A DNA stretch of 64,000 bases from Planctomycetota bacterium (GTDB taxonomy: Bacteria; Planctomycetota; B15-G4; SIAN01). A program made the position numbers and the translations under genes. The notes beneath the pieces were generated by a model that was not told where the DNA came from, did no database searches, and worked only from the letters and a program-made list of their open reading frames with translations. Below, piece by piece: positions 27,252-39,466 of the stretch (positions are counted from its first letter, which is position 1; each line of letters starts with the position of its first letter). The stretch spans positions 1 to 64,000 of the forward strand of contig JANNXA010000047.1 of assembly GCA_031409275.1 (NCBI GenBank). Direction: 5' to 3'.

Positions 27252-30200
27252 ATGCAGAACCTCCTGAAGAACCTGGTCGTCGTCACTTCCCTGCTCGCCA
27301 TGGGCGCGGTGGGGACGTGGATCGCGTTGCGGCCGCAGTTGCCGCGCGGCGCCGGCTTCACGGATGGCGAGCAGCTCCTCGCGGCGACGCGCACGCGTGA
27401 CGAGCTGCGCCTCGCGCGCTGGGATGCCCCGCAACCGCTCGCCGCGCTCGCCGACTTCGGCGGCGCGCACGACCCGGCGCTCGATCCGGCGAGCGGCCGC
27501 CTCTACTTCGCGAAGGGGGAGTCGGGCAGCGAAGAGCTGTGGCAGGCGACCCCGGCCATCGACGGCTGGATCGCGCGCCCGCTGACCGAGCTCCATTCGC
27601 CGCGCCGCGAACTCGCGCCGTGCTTCCACGACGGCTGGCTCTGGTTCGCCTCCGATCGCGCGGGCGGCCAAGGCGGGCTCGATCTGTGGCGCGCGCCGCT
27701 GGCCGGCGATCGTTTCCTGGCGCCCGAGAATGTCGGCGCTCCCATCAACTCCCCCGCCGATGAAAGCGACCCGGCACTGCGGCGCGATGGCGAGCTTTGG
27801 TTCGCGTCGAATCGCGACGGCGGCGGCAGCGGCGACTTCGACCTGCTCTTCGCGAAGGGCGACGGCGTCCGCTTCGCCCTGCCGCAGTTCGCCGACGCGC
27901 TGCAGTCGCCGTACGACGAGCGCGCGCCGGCCTTCGCGCCCGACGGCCGCCAGCTCTTCTTCGCCAGCAATCGTCCCGGCGGCGTCGGTGGCTTCGATCT
28001 GTGGCGGGCGCTCGAGGACAGCAGCGGCTTCCTCGCGCCGCAGAACCTCGGCACGCCCAACGGGGCCGGCGACGAATCAGGGCCGACCCTCGCCGACGAC
28101 GGCTTCACGCTGCTCTTCGCCGCGAATCGCGCCAGCGGAACGCCGACCACGCTGCTGCGCACGCGCACGCGCGAACTCTTCGCGGTCCCGGCGCCACGCT
28201 TCACCCTGACCGACTTCACCATCCTGCTGCTGCTGGCGCTCGTCGCGCTGCTGGCGTGGCTCGCGCGCCGTTGGGAAGCGCTCGACGTGCTGTGGAAGTG
28301 CATGGTGGTGTCGCTGCTGCTCCACCTGCTGTTCCTGTGGTGGACGCGTCGCGTCGACGTCGAGGCGAAGAGCCCCGACTTCGGCGTGCCCGGCGACACT
28401 TTCGAGATCCGCGTGCTTGGCGATTTGATGGCGACCATCGCGCGGCTCGAGGATCGCGCGCACGGCGAGAGCATCGAGGTGGCGAGCTCCCTGCCGTCGG
28501 TGCAGGCGTTGACGCGCGAATCGGTCGTCCCCGAGCTCGCCGAGAATGCGCCCGCCAGCGAGCAGGCCCCGCTGGTCCGCAGCGACGTCGCCGCCGCCGC
28601 CGCCGCGCCCGACGCGAGCGAGCGCCAGCTTGCGCCGAGCACCACGAGCGACCTGGCATCGGCGGCCGATCCTCTGCAAACGGTGGCCGCCGACTACGAG
28701 CGGCTCAGCGGCAGCGCCTCGAGTCCGCAACTCGCCGCCAACGAGACGGGCGCAGCCGAGCCGGTCGCGGTGCAAGCCGCGACCTTCGTCGCCACCGCGA
28801 CGGCCACCGCCGATCGAAGCGCGGCGGGCGCTGCACCCCGCGGTGAGACCGCTCCGGCCGAGCGTGCCACCTCCACGCTGGCGGCAGCTCCCGCGGCGGC
28901 AGCGCGCGACCCGCTGCCTTCCACGCGTGATCGCAGCGAGGGCCGCGAAACGACCGTCGTCGCGACCGCGGCTCCGTCCGATCGAGCCGAACGCGGCGAG
29001 GGCCGCGAGGTCGCCGCCGCCGCGCTGCCGCTCGCACCGACCGCAACTCGCGCGGCGGGAAGCTCCACCGATGGGAACGTCGCTGGCAGCACTGCGACGA
29101 CGCCGCGCGCCGCCCTCACCGCCGGCAGCGCCGATCCGGCAGCCGTCGCACCTCGCAACGAGGCGCCGCTGGCAGGCGGTGGCGCGGCCAACACCACCCC
29201 CACGCTCGACCCAGGTTCGCGGCGCGCAGAAGGCGGCGCCCGCGAACCCGCCGCGCGCGCGGCCGCACCGGTCGCGTTGGCGCCCGTCGCCGACGGTGCG
29301 CACGCGATGGAAAGCGCGGCGACGGCAAATGCGCCGGCGCCGACACTGGCGTTGGGTCCGGCTGCCACGCTGCCTGGCAGCGGGTCGATCACCGCCGCGG
29401 TCGCGACGCCGGAACGCGCCGCGCTCGCTGGACCACTCGTCGAGCCAGGCGAGCAACCCACCACGACGAGCATCACCGGATCGCTCGCCGCCGACCGCGC
29501 GGCGGAACCGGGCGACGCGAGCGCACCTGCCCGCATGACGCCGAGCGGCGAACGCGAGCGCCGCGGCGATGTCGCGCCCGCGGTCGCGATGCAGGCTCCG
29601 ATCGAAACCGGCACCACCCCGCTGCGCAGCGGCGAGCTCGCGCTGGCACCCACGCTCGCCCCCAGCGCTCGCGTGGGTCGCGGCAACGCGGCACCGGCCA
29701 CCGCGCTGCCGACGCGGGCCAAGCTCGCGCTCGGTACGGCCGGTCCCGAGATCGCGCCGATGGTCGCCGCGCTGCCGATCCCGCTGCCCGCTCCGGTCGC
29801 CGCGCGCGCCGCGGACGGCGCCGCGGGACCGATCGCACCGGCCACGCCACGCCTCTACGAGCGACGTGTCGGCGAAGCGAAGACGGTCGCGCTGCGCGAA
29901 GGCGGCGGCTCCGAAGCGACCGAGCGCGCGGTGCTGGCCGGGCTGCGCTACCTCGCGAAGACGCAGAACCCCAAGGGTTGGTTCGGCAGCGCGTCGGACG
30001 TCGACCTCACCAGCAAGTACCGCGACTTCCGCATCGGCAAGTCGGGCATCGCGCTGCTCGCGTTCCTGGGTGCCGGACACACCCATCGCTCCGCCACCGA
30101 GTTCTCGCCGAACGTCGCGCGGCTGATCACGTGGCTACAGAGCCGGCAAGACTCCGACTCGGGCCACTTCGGCGACAGCGAGGGCTACAGCCACGGCATC

Positions 30201-30974
30201 GCCACCTACGCGCTCGCCGAGTGCTACGCGATGACGCACGACGACGCGCTGGTGCCGACGCTCGAAAAGGCGCTCGACCATCTGCTGGCGATGCAGCAAG
30301 TCGGCACCAACGACCCGCGCAAGGAAGGGGGCTGGACCTACTACTACCACGACGGTCCAGGCTTCGACGAGTTCCCGCGCGCATCGATCAGCGCCTGGCA
30401 GGTGATGGCGCTCGAGTCGGCGAAGGTCGGCGGCTTCGAGGTCCCGGCCGAGTCGCTCGCCGCAGCACGCGGCTACTTCCTGAACAGCTTCGATCCCGGA
30501 TTCGAGGGCTTCCGCTACACGCACAATCCGACCTGGGTGAACGGCGGCTACGGAACGCTCCCTGCTTCGACGCCCGCCTCGATGTTCGCGCTGGTCCTGC
30601 TGGGCGAGCGCGACCATCCCAGCGTCGCAGCCGCCGAGCGCTTCGTGCTCGATCGGCAGCCGGCGGGATATCGCTGGCGCAGCCAGGATGCGTTCGTCCG
30701 ACGCGGCGCCGCCAACCTCTACTTCTGGTACTACTCGACGCTCGCACTCTTCTGCCGCGGCGGCACCGCGTGGCGCGAGTGGAACGGCGCGCTGCAGCAG
30801 ACGCTGCTGCCGGCGCAACAGCGCGACGGCAGCTTCGAGGCGATCGACCTCTACGCGCGCGACTACGCTGGCGACGACGAGAACGATCGCGCCTACTCGA
30901 CCGCCATGTGCGTGCTCATGCTCGAGGTCTACTACCGCTACTTCACGCCGCTGCTCGGCGAGGTCGGCGACTGA
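27252..30974 (+). CDS. Multidomain protein: PD40/TolB-like propeller, TM hairpin with SxxxH, Ala/Pro/Thr linker, prenyltransferase/squalene-cyclase-like barrel
   Basis: LWFASDRAGGQGGLDLW-type repeats, VVSLLLHLLFL, GLRYLAKTQNPKGW, GIALLAFLGAGH, YSHGIATYALAE, LYFWYY and YSTAMCVLMLEVYYRY. Confidence 0.85.
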   Translation: MQNLLKNLVVVTSLLAMGAVGTWIALRPQLPRGAGFTDGEQLLAATRTRDELRLARWDAPQPLAALADFGGAHDPALDPASGRLYFAKGESGSEELWQATPAIDGWIARPLTELHSPRRELAPCFHDGWLWFASDRAGGQGGLDLWRAPLAGDRFLAPENVGAPINSPADESDPALRRDGELWFASNRDGGGSGDFDLLFAKGDGVRFALPQFADALQSPYDERAPAFAPDGRQLFFASNRPGGVGGFDLWRALEDSSGFLAPQNLGTPNGAGDESGPTLADDGFTLLFAANRASGTPTTLLRTRTRELFAVPAPRFTLTDFTILLLLALVALLAWLARRWEALDVLWKCMVVSLLLHLLFLWWTRRVDVEAKSPDFGVPGDTFEIRVLGDLMATIARLEDRAHGESIEVASSLPSVQALTRESVVPELAENAPASEQAPLVRSDVAAAAAAPDASERQLAPSTTSDLASAADPLQTVAADYERLSGSASSPQLAANETGAAEPVAVQAATFVATATATADRSAAGAAPRGETAPAERATSTLAAAPAAAARDPLPSTRDRSEGRETTVVATAAPSDRAERGEGREVAAAALPLAPTATRAAGSSTDGNVAGSTATTPRAALTAGSADPAAVAPRNEAPLAGGGAANTTPTLDPGSRRAEGGAREPAARAAAPVALAPVADGAHAMESAATANAPAPTLALGPAATLPGSGSITAAVATPERAALAGPLVEPGEQPTTTSITGSLAADRAAEPGDASAPARMTPSGERERRGDVAPAVAMQAPIETGTTPLRSGELALAPTLAPSARVGRGNAAPATALPTRAKLALGTAGPEIAPMVAALPIPLPAPVAARAADGAAGPIAPATPRLYERRVGEAKTVALREGGGSEATERAVLAGLRYLAKTQNPKGWFGSASDVDLTSKYRDFRIGKSGIALLAFLGAGHTHRSATEFSPNVARLITWLQSRQDSDSGHFGDSEGYSHGIATYALAECYAMTHDDALVPTLEKALDHLLAMQQVGTNDPRKEGGWTYYYHDGPGFDEFPRASISAWQVMALESAKVGGFEVPAESLAAARGYFLNSFDPGFEGFRYTHNPTWVNGGYGTLPASTPASMFALVLLGERDHPSVAAAERFVLDRQPAGYRWRSQDAFVRRGAANLYFWYYSTLALFCRGGTAWREWNGALQQTLLPAQQRDGSFEAIDLYARDYAGDDENDRAYSTAMCVLMLEVYYRYFTPLLGEVGD

Positions 30975-31091
30975 AGTCGGCGACGGCGACCGTCGTCTCG
31001 CAGCGGAAATTCGTTCCTGCGGTGACGACGCGGTTCAGCGTCATGGAGCTCCTCGACGACAGGGAACCGTTCCCTCGAACGAGGAGATTCA

Positions 31092-33776
<2,685 letters not shown>

Positions 33777-33837
33777 ACGCATCGCGGTCACGCCGCGATT
33801 GCCTCGCTCGCGCGGCGGCGCTCTGATACGCCGCACG

Positions 33838-34608
33838 ATGGATTCCCCGCTGGTGGTTGCGCTGTCGGTGTTCGCGCTGGTCGTCGGCGCGGGCGCGATC
33901 CCGTTGCTGCTCAAGCTGACCGAGCGCGTGCTGCACGCCGTGATCGCGCTGGCCAGCGGCTTCTTCCTCGGCGTCACCTTCCTTCACCTGCTGCCCGAGG
34001 TCGCCCACGCCAGCCACTCGATCGCGATGTGGGGCTGCGTCCTTGCGGGAGTCCTGGCCGTCTTCTTCGCCGAGGTGCTGCTGCGCCACCGTGACCAGCA
34101 GGAGCACCAGCACGACCACGGGCACGAGCACGACCATCCCGCCCACCACGGCGGCCACCGCGTGGTCGGCATCGCCAGCTTCGTCGGCCTTTCCGTGCAC
34201 ACGCTCGGCGGAGCGATCGGCATCGGCATCAGCTTCGACAACGTGCCGCTGCGCGAGGCGATGGTGTCGGCGACGCTTTCGCACAAGGCGGCCGAGGCGT
34301 TCTCGCTGGTATCGGTGCTGCTGCTCTCCGCGCTGCAGCGACGCACCGTCGTCAAGCTGCTCGGCGCGTACGCGCTGGTGACGCCGGTCGGCATCGCGCT
34401 CGGACGTTTCTTCGCGGAGCACCTGCCGAAGACGATGCTCTTGCCGGCCGAGGGGCTCGCGGCGGGCACCTTCCTCTACGTGGCCGTCGGCGAACTGCTG
34501 CCCGAAGTCTTCCACGGCCGCAAGGATCGCGGCCTGAAGGTCGCGTTGCTGCTGGTGGGGATCGCGGCCGCGGCGCTCCTCTTCCACGAACACGTCCACG
34601 AACACTGA
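33838..34608 (+). CDS. ZIP family metal transporter
   Basis: FLHLLPE, His-rich loop HQHDHGHEHDH, LSHKAAEAF, GTFLYVAVGELLPE. Confidence 0.9.
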   Translation: MDSPLVVALSVFALVVGAGAIPLLLKLTERVLHAVIALASGFFLGVTFLHLLPEVAHASHSIAMWGCVLAGVLAVFFAEVLLRHRDQQEHQHDHGHEHDHPAHHGGHRVVGIASFVGLSVHTLGGAIGIGISFDNVPLREAMVSATLSHKAAEAFSLVSVLLLSALQRRTVVKLLGAYALVTPVGIALGRFFAEHLPKTMLLPAEGLAAGTFLYVAVGELLPEVFHGRKDRGLKVALLLVGIAAAALLFHEHVHEH

Positions 34609-34614
34609 GAGCCC

Positions 34615-35001
34615 ATGGCTGAAACTTCGGACTCGTTGGCCCTGCGCACGATCCTGCTGCCGCGTGACACCAACGGCGGCGGCACGATCTTCGGCGGTGT
34701 CATCCTCGCGCAGATCGACTTGGCGGGCGCCGCGATCGCGCGCCAGCATGCGTGCCATCGCTTCGTGACAGTGGCGATGAAGGAAGTGAAGTTCATCGCG
34801 CCGGTCTACGTCGGCGACGTCGTCTCCTACTGGGGGCGCGTCGTGAAGGTCGGCAACACTTCGGTCACCGTGCTGATCCGCGTCGAGGCGGAACGGTTCT
34901 CGGACTGCAATCAGAAGGTCGAAGTGACCACCGCCGAGGTCACCTACGTCGCCGTCGACCAGGGCGGTCGCCCGATCGCGGTGCGCCCCAACTCCGGCTG
35001 A
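34615..35001 (+). CDS. Acyl-CoA thioesterase (YciA-like, hotdog fold)
   Basis: PRDTNGGGTIFGG, DLAG, FIAPVYVGD, VGNTSV, TYVAVDQGGRP. Confidence 0.92.
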   Translation: MAETSDSLALRTILLPRDTNGGGTIFGGVILAQIDLAGAAIARQHACHRFVTVAMKEVKFIAPVYVGDVVSYWGRVVKVGNTSVTVLIRVEAERFSDCNQKVEVTTAEVTYVAVDQGGRPIAVRPNSG

Positions 35002-35354
35002 GCGCCACGACGCAGGACATCTCCAACCGCATCAACGTGATCCAGGGCGACACCCAGTCTGCGGTCCAGGCGATCGCGAAGATCCGCGCCGGCGAGCAGC
35101 AGAACGCGACCACCGATCAGATCAGCAACAACTTGCGCGAAGTGGCGCAGGACAGCAGCGAGATCGCCCAGTCGATCAGCGGCGTCGCCGAGAACGCGCA
35201 ACGCACCGACACCTCGTCGCGCGAGCTCTCGCAGATGTCGCTTGGCCTCCAACGACGGGTCGGCCAGTTCAAGATCACCGACGCGCGAACGGAACGGCAA
35301 CTACAGCCGCAACCGCAGCCGCGGTCGCGCGCGCCGGAGCTCGCGCACGCCTGA
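35001..35354 (+). pseudogene. Remnant of a methyl-accepting chemotaxis protein C-terminus
   Basis: SATTQDISNRINVIQGDTQSAVQAI...EQQNATTDQISNN...SSEIAQSISGVA...ELSQMSLGLQRRVGQFK, with no start codon or N-terminal part. Confidence 0.75.
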
Positions 35355-35408
35355 GGTTCGCGCGAGTCGCGCCGTTGATCGCGGGCGGCGCGGAGGCATC
35401 CTCCGCAC

Positions 35409-37067
35409 ATGCCCTCCGCCGAGAAGAAGGATCCGCTCGCCGCCATCCGGCCGGCGCGTGCCATCGCGCTTGCCACGTTGGCGAGCCGCGTGCTGGGGCT
35501 GGTGCGCGACAAGGTCACCGTCTTCTGGTTTCCGACGGCGACCGCCGACGCGATCCTGCTGGCGTGGACGATCCCCAATCTCTTCCGCCGCCTCTTCGGC
35601 GAAGGGGCGCTCTCCTCGGCGCTCGTACCCGTGCTCGCCGAGACCGAGCGGCGCGAGGGCCGCGAGGGGCGCAATCGCGTGGCGCGTTCGGTGATCTGGT
35701 CGCTGATCGCGACGCTCGCACCACTGACTGCGGCTCTGGTCGCCGCGCTGATGCTGTTGCCGCCGCGCTTCCTGCTCTTCTTCTTCGAATCGGAAGCCAC
35801 CGGCACCGAGACGCTGCGCCTGCTGCGGTGGACGCTGCCCTACCTGCTGTTCATCTGCGTCGCTGGCCAGTTGCAGGCGGTCGCGAACCTCGCCGGCCGC
35901 TTCTTCTTCCCCGCCTTCGCGCCGGCGCTCTCGAACCTCACCTGGATCGCCGGCGCTGCGGTGGCCGGCGCGCTCGCCGATGGCGGGCCGGCCGACGCGA
36001 CGTGGGTCGCCATCGGCATCCTCGCGGGCGGCGTGTTGCAGGTGGTCTGCCAATGGATCGAACTCGCCTGCGTTGGTGAACAGTGCCTGGCGCCCGCGCC
36101 GCTGCGCACGCGCGAGGTCGCCGAGGTGTCGCGCCGCATGGCGCCGATGGTGCTCGGACTCGCGGCCGGCCAGATCAACACGCTGCTCGGCAGCTTCTTC
36201 GCCGAATGGCTGGTGCCCGGCGAAGGCGCGGTGACGCAGCTCTATCTCGGCCAGCGCCTCATGCAGCTGCCGCTCGGAGTCGTCGGCGTCGCGATGGGCA
36301 CGGCGATCTATCCAGCGTTGGCACGTGCCGCCGCCCGCAATGACCAGTCCGAGCTCGCCGACACGCTCGCCGCTGCGCTGCGCACCACCGCGACGCTCTG
36401 CGTTCCCGCCGTCATCGGGCTGATGACCCTGGCCAGCCCGATCATGATCCTGCTGTTCGAAGGCGGGCAACTCGACGCGAACGCGGCCGCCGCGAGCGGC
36501 GCCTGCATGGCCGCGTACGCGCCGACGCTCTTCCTGCAGACGGCCGTCCTGCTGCTGGCGCGCGTCGACTACGCGCGCGGCGAACAGCGCCGACCGGTGC
36601 GCATCAGCCTGCAGGCGGTCGGAGTGAACCTCGCGCTCAACTTCGCGCTGGTGGTGCCGTTGGGGGCGACCGGGCTCGCGCTGGCGACCACGCTGGCGAC
36701 GCTCTTCAACGCCGTGATGCTCGCGCGCGGGCTGCGGCTGCCGGCGCTCGACGCGCGCCGGGAACTGCTGCTGCCGTTCCTGCGAGTCGCGGCAGCGTCG
36801 GGAGCGATGGCGATCATCGTCCTGGCGTGGCGCCACTTCACCGAGCCGTTCGCCAGCACCTCGCTGTCACAGCCCGTCCGCTGGCTCGGCATCGCGTGGC
36901 CGCTCGGCCAGCTCCTGGTCACCGGCGGCGCGATCGTCGCGGGCCTCCTGGCCTTCTTCGCCGCCGCCCGCTTCGTCGCCCGCCGCGAGCTCGACGAGCT
37001 CCTCGCACTGTTGCGGTCGCGCCGTCAGCGCCCATCGCCGCCGAGCAGTACCATGCCCGGCGTATGA
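35409..37067 (+). CDS. murJ: Lipid II flippase MurJ (MviN)
   Basis: LASRVLGLVRD, IPNLFRRLFGEGALSSALVP, RLMQLPLGVVG, GLALATT. Confidence 0.92.
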   Translation: MPSAEKKDPLAAIRPARAIALATLASRVLGLVRDKVTVFWFPTATADAILLAWTIPNLFRRLFGEGALSSALVPVLAETERREGREGRNRVARSVIWSLIATLAPLTAALVAALMLLPPRFLLFFFESEATGTETLRLLRWTLPYLLFICVAGQLQAVANLAGRFFFPAFAPALSNLTWIAGAAVAGALADGGPADATWVAIGILAGGVLQVVCQWIELACVGEQCLAPAPLRTREVAEVSRRMAPMVLGLAAGQINTLLGSFFAEWLVPGEGAVTQLYLGQRLMQLPLGVVGVAMGTAIYPALARAAARNDQSELADTLAAALRTTATLCVPAVIGLMTLASPIMILLFEGGQLDANAAAASGACMAAYAPTLFLQTAVLLLARVDYARGEQRRPVRISLQAVGVNLALNFALVVPLGATGLALATTLATLFNAVMLARGLRLPALDARRELLLPFLRVAAASGAMAIIVLAWRHFTEPFASTSLSQPVRWLGIAWPLGQLLVTGGAIVAGLLAFFAAARFVARRELDELLALLRSRRQRPSPPSSTMPGV

Positions 37068-39466
37068 GTGGCTCCGCGACGTTGTCGTCTTCTCTCCTGG
37101 CGCTGCTGCTCGCCGGGAGCGCCTGCATCCGCGCCGACGCGGTGGCTGGTGCCGAGCATGCACCCGATGCAGGGATCGTCGCCGCCACCGCGCTCGATCG
37201 GCGCGTCACCTTCACGCGGCTCGATCGCGATGCCAGCGCGCTGCTCGCCCGCGGCAACGTCTGGGATTCGCCGAGCCTCGCGGTCGATCGGCCGCGCTCC
37301 GAGCGCGCCACGCTCCAGGCCGATGGCACGCTGACGCTGGCGTCTGGCGCGCTGCTGGTGGCGCAGTTTCCTGGCCGCATCCTGGGTGAGCTCGAGGTCG
37401 AGATCGAAGGCGTGGTCGAGGGCCACGCGACGGTCCGCCTCTCCTCGATCTTCGCGCCGTTGCCCAAGATCGGGGAGATCGACGCGCTCGACGAAGCGCT
37501 GGTGCAGCGGATTCACCTCCCCCTGCTGGAGCGCGACTGGAGCGGCGGGAGCGACAGCGCGCCGACCTTCCGCTCGGGATGGATCGACGGCGATCCGCGC
37601 ACGACGTGGCTCCTGCTCAGCATCGAGGTCGCGGTCGGAAGTCGAGTGCAACTCGCGCGCGCGCGCCTGAGCCAAAGCGTCGTGGCGCGACCGGACCACC
37701 ACTCGGTCGGCGCCGAATCGCGTCTGTCGTTGCCCGTCGCCATCGGTGCGCCCCACCGCTTCGAGCTGCCGGCGCTGCCCGCCGGAGCGCGCGTCGAGCT
37801 CGCGATCGCGGCACCCGAAGGGATGGTCACGCTGCACACGCCGCTGCGCGTCACCTGTCGCCTCGCCGGCGCGACGCCGATCGAAAACGCGATCGAGCTG
37901 CGCGATGGCCCGCTCGCCGATGAAGAGCCGGTGCGCCGCTGGCATGACCTCGCCTTCGACATCACGCAGGCGCAACCCGCCGGCGGCTTGCTCGAAGTGA
38001 TCGTCGAGGGCGCGGCAGGCCGCGCGTGCCTGGTCGGCCTGCCGTCGGTCCAAGCGCGCCGCGACGAATCGACACCGCTCGATCTGATCCTCATCTCGCT
38101 CGACACGCTGCGTGCGGATCGCGTGGGAGCGCTTGGCTCGACGCGCGGGTTGACGCCCCACCTCGACCGTTTCGCGCAACGCTGCGTTCGTTTCACCCGC
38201 GCCTACAGCCCGGCCAACTTCACGATCCCGGCGCACGGTTCGATGATGACCGGGCTGCAGCCGCTGGTGCATGGCGCGTTCCGGTTCGGCGAGCGCGTCT
38301 CGATCCGCGCCTGGCCCAACGTCGCCGAGGCGTGCGCCGCCGCCGGAATGGCGACGGCCGCCTTCACCGGCGGCGGCTTCGTCGACGCGGCGTTCGGCTT
38401 CGACCGCGGTTTCGCGCGCTACAAGATGCTCGACGCGCTGATGACGCCGCGCAACCTGCGCTGGTCCCGCAGCCCGCGCAAGGAGATGCCGGCGTGGAAC
38501 GCCGCGGTACGCGACGGCGTGTCGCTCGCCGAAGTCACGGGCTGGATCGAGCAGCACACCGATCGCCGCTCCTTCCTCTTCTTCCACACCTACCACGCGC
38601 ACGACTACTCGCCCGAGCCGGCGACGGCGCGCGCGCGCGGCCTCGATGAGACGTCGCCCTGGCCGACCCCGATCGACCTGCAGGCGCGCGACTTCTCGGC
38701 GGTGAAACCGGGCTCCGCGCAGCTCGCCCACTACGAGGCGCTCTACGACGCGACCGTGACCGAGGTCGACGCCGCGATCGGCGCCCTGCTCGAGACGCTG
38801 GAGCGAAGCGGCGCGCTCGAACACACGGCGGTCGTCATCACCGCCGACCACGGCGAGGGCTTCCTCGAGCACGGCTTCCTCTTCCACACGGTCGGGCTGC
38901 ATGACGAAGTCGTGCGCGTCCCGCTGCTGATCCACGCGCCTGGCCTGATGCCGCGCGCCGTCGACACGCCGGTGAGCCTGGTCGATGTCGCTCCGACGCT
39001 GCGCGAGCTCGCCGGATTGGCGCCATTCGAAACGACGCAGGGCAAGAGCCTCGTCCCGCTGCTGCGCGGCGAAGAGATGGCTCCGCGACCGCTGCTGATC
39101 CAGGACTGCCCGTCCAGCGGCGAGACGCACTCGGCGCTGGTCATGGGGCGCTTCAAGTACCTGCGTCGGATGCGCCTGATCGCTGCCTCCGCGCACGGTG
39201 CCGACGTCTTCAGCGGCGCCGGCCAGCGCCCGCAGGAGATGGCAAACGAGCAGCTCTACGACCTGCTCGAAGACCCCGGCGAGTTGCGCAACCTCGCGGC
39301 CGAAGCGCCCTTCGCGGCGATGCTCGCGCAAGCGCGTGTTGCGCTCGATCGCTTGCTGGCGGAGGTGCAGACCGAAGCGGAACGGTTGGCCGCCTGGCGC
39401 ACCGCCAACGGCGTCCATGGCGCGGACCTCGACGCCGAGCTCGCCAACCTCGGCTACGGGAGATGA
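37064..39466 (+). CDS. Sulfatase-like hydrolase/transferase (alkaline phosphatase superfamily), copy 1
   Basis: ILISLDTLRAD, FTIPAHGSMMTG, ADHGEGFLEHG, LYDLLEDPGE, LANLGY. ATGA overlap with murJ. Confidence 0.88.
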   Translation: MSGSATLSSSLLALLLAGSACIRADAVAGAEHAPDAGIVAATALDRRVTFTRLDRDASALLARGNVWDSPSLAVDRPRSERATLQADGTLTLASGALLVAQFPGRILGELEVEIEGVVEGHATVRLSSIFAPLPKIGEIDALDEALVQRIHLPLLERDWSGGSDSAPTFRSGWIDGDPRTTWLLLSIEVAVGSRVQLARARLSQSVVARPDHHSVGAESRLSLPVAIGAPHRFELPALPAGARVELAIAAPEGMVTLHTPLRVTCRLAGATPIENAIELRDGPLADEEPVRRWHDLAFDITQAQPAGGLLEVIVEGAAGRACLVGLPSVQARRDESTPLDLILISLDTLRADRVGALGSTRGLTPHLDRFAQRCVRFTRAYSPANFTIPAHGSMMTGLQPLVHGAFRFGERVSIRAWPNVAEACAAAGMATAAFTGGGFVDAAFGFDRGFARYKMLDALMTPRNLRWSRSPRKEMPAWNAAVRDGVSLAEVTGWIEQHTDRRSFLFFHTYHAHDYSPEPATARARGLDETSPWPTPIDLQARDFSAVKPGSAQLAHYEALYDATVTEVDAAIGALLETLERSGALEHTAVVITADHGEGFLEHGFLFHTVGLHDEVVRVPLLIHAPGLMPRAVDTPVSLVDVAPTLRELAGLAPFETTQGKSLVPLLRGEEMAPRPLLIQDCPSSGETHSALVMGRFKYLRRMRLIAASAHGADVFSGAGQRPQEMANEQLYDLLEDPGELRNLAAEAPFAAMLAQARVALDRLLAEVQTEAERLAAWRTANGVHGADLDAELANLGYGR

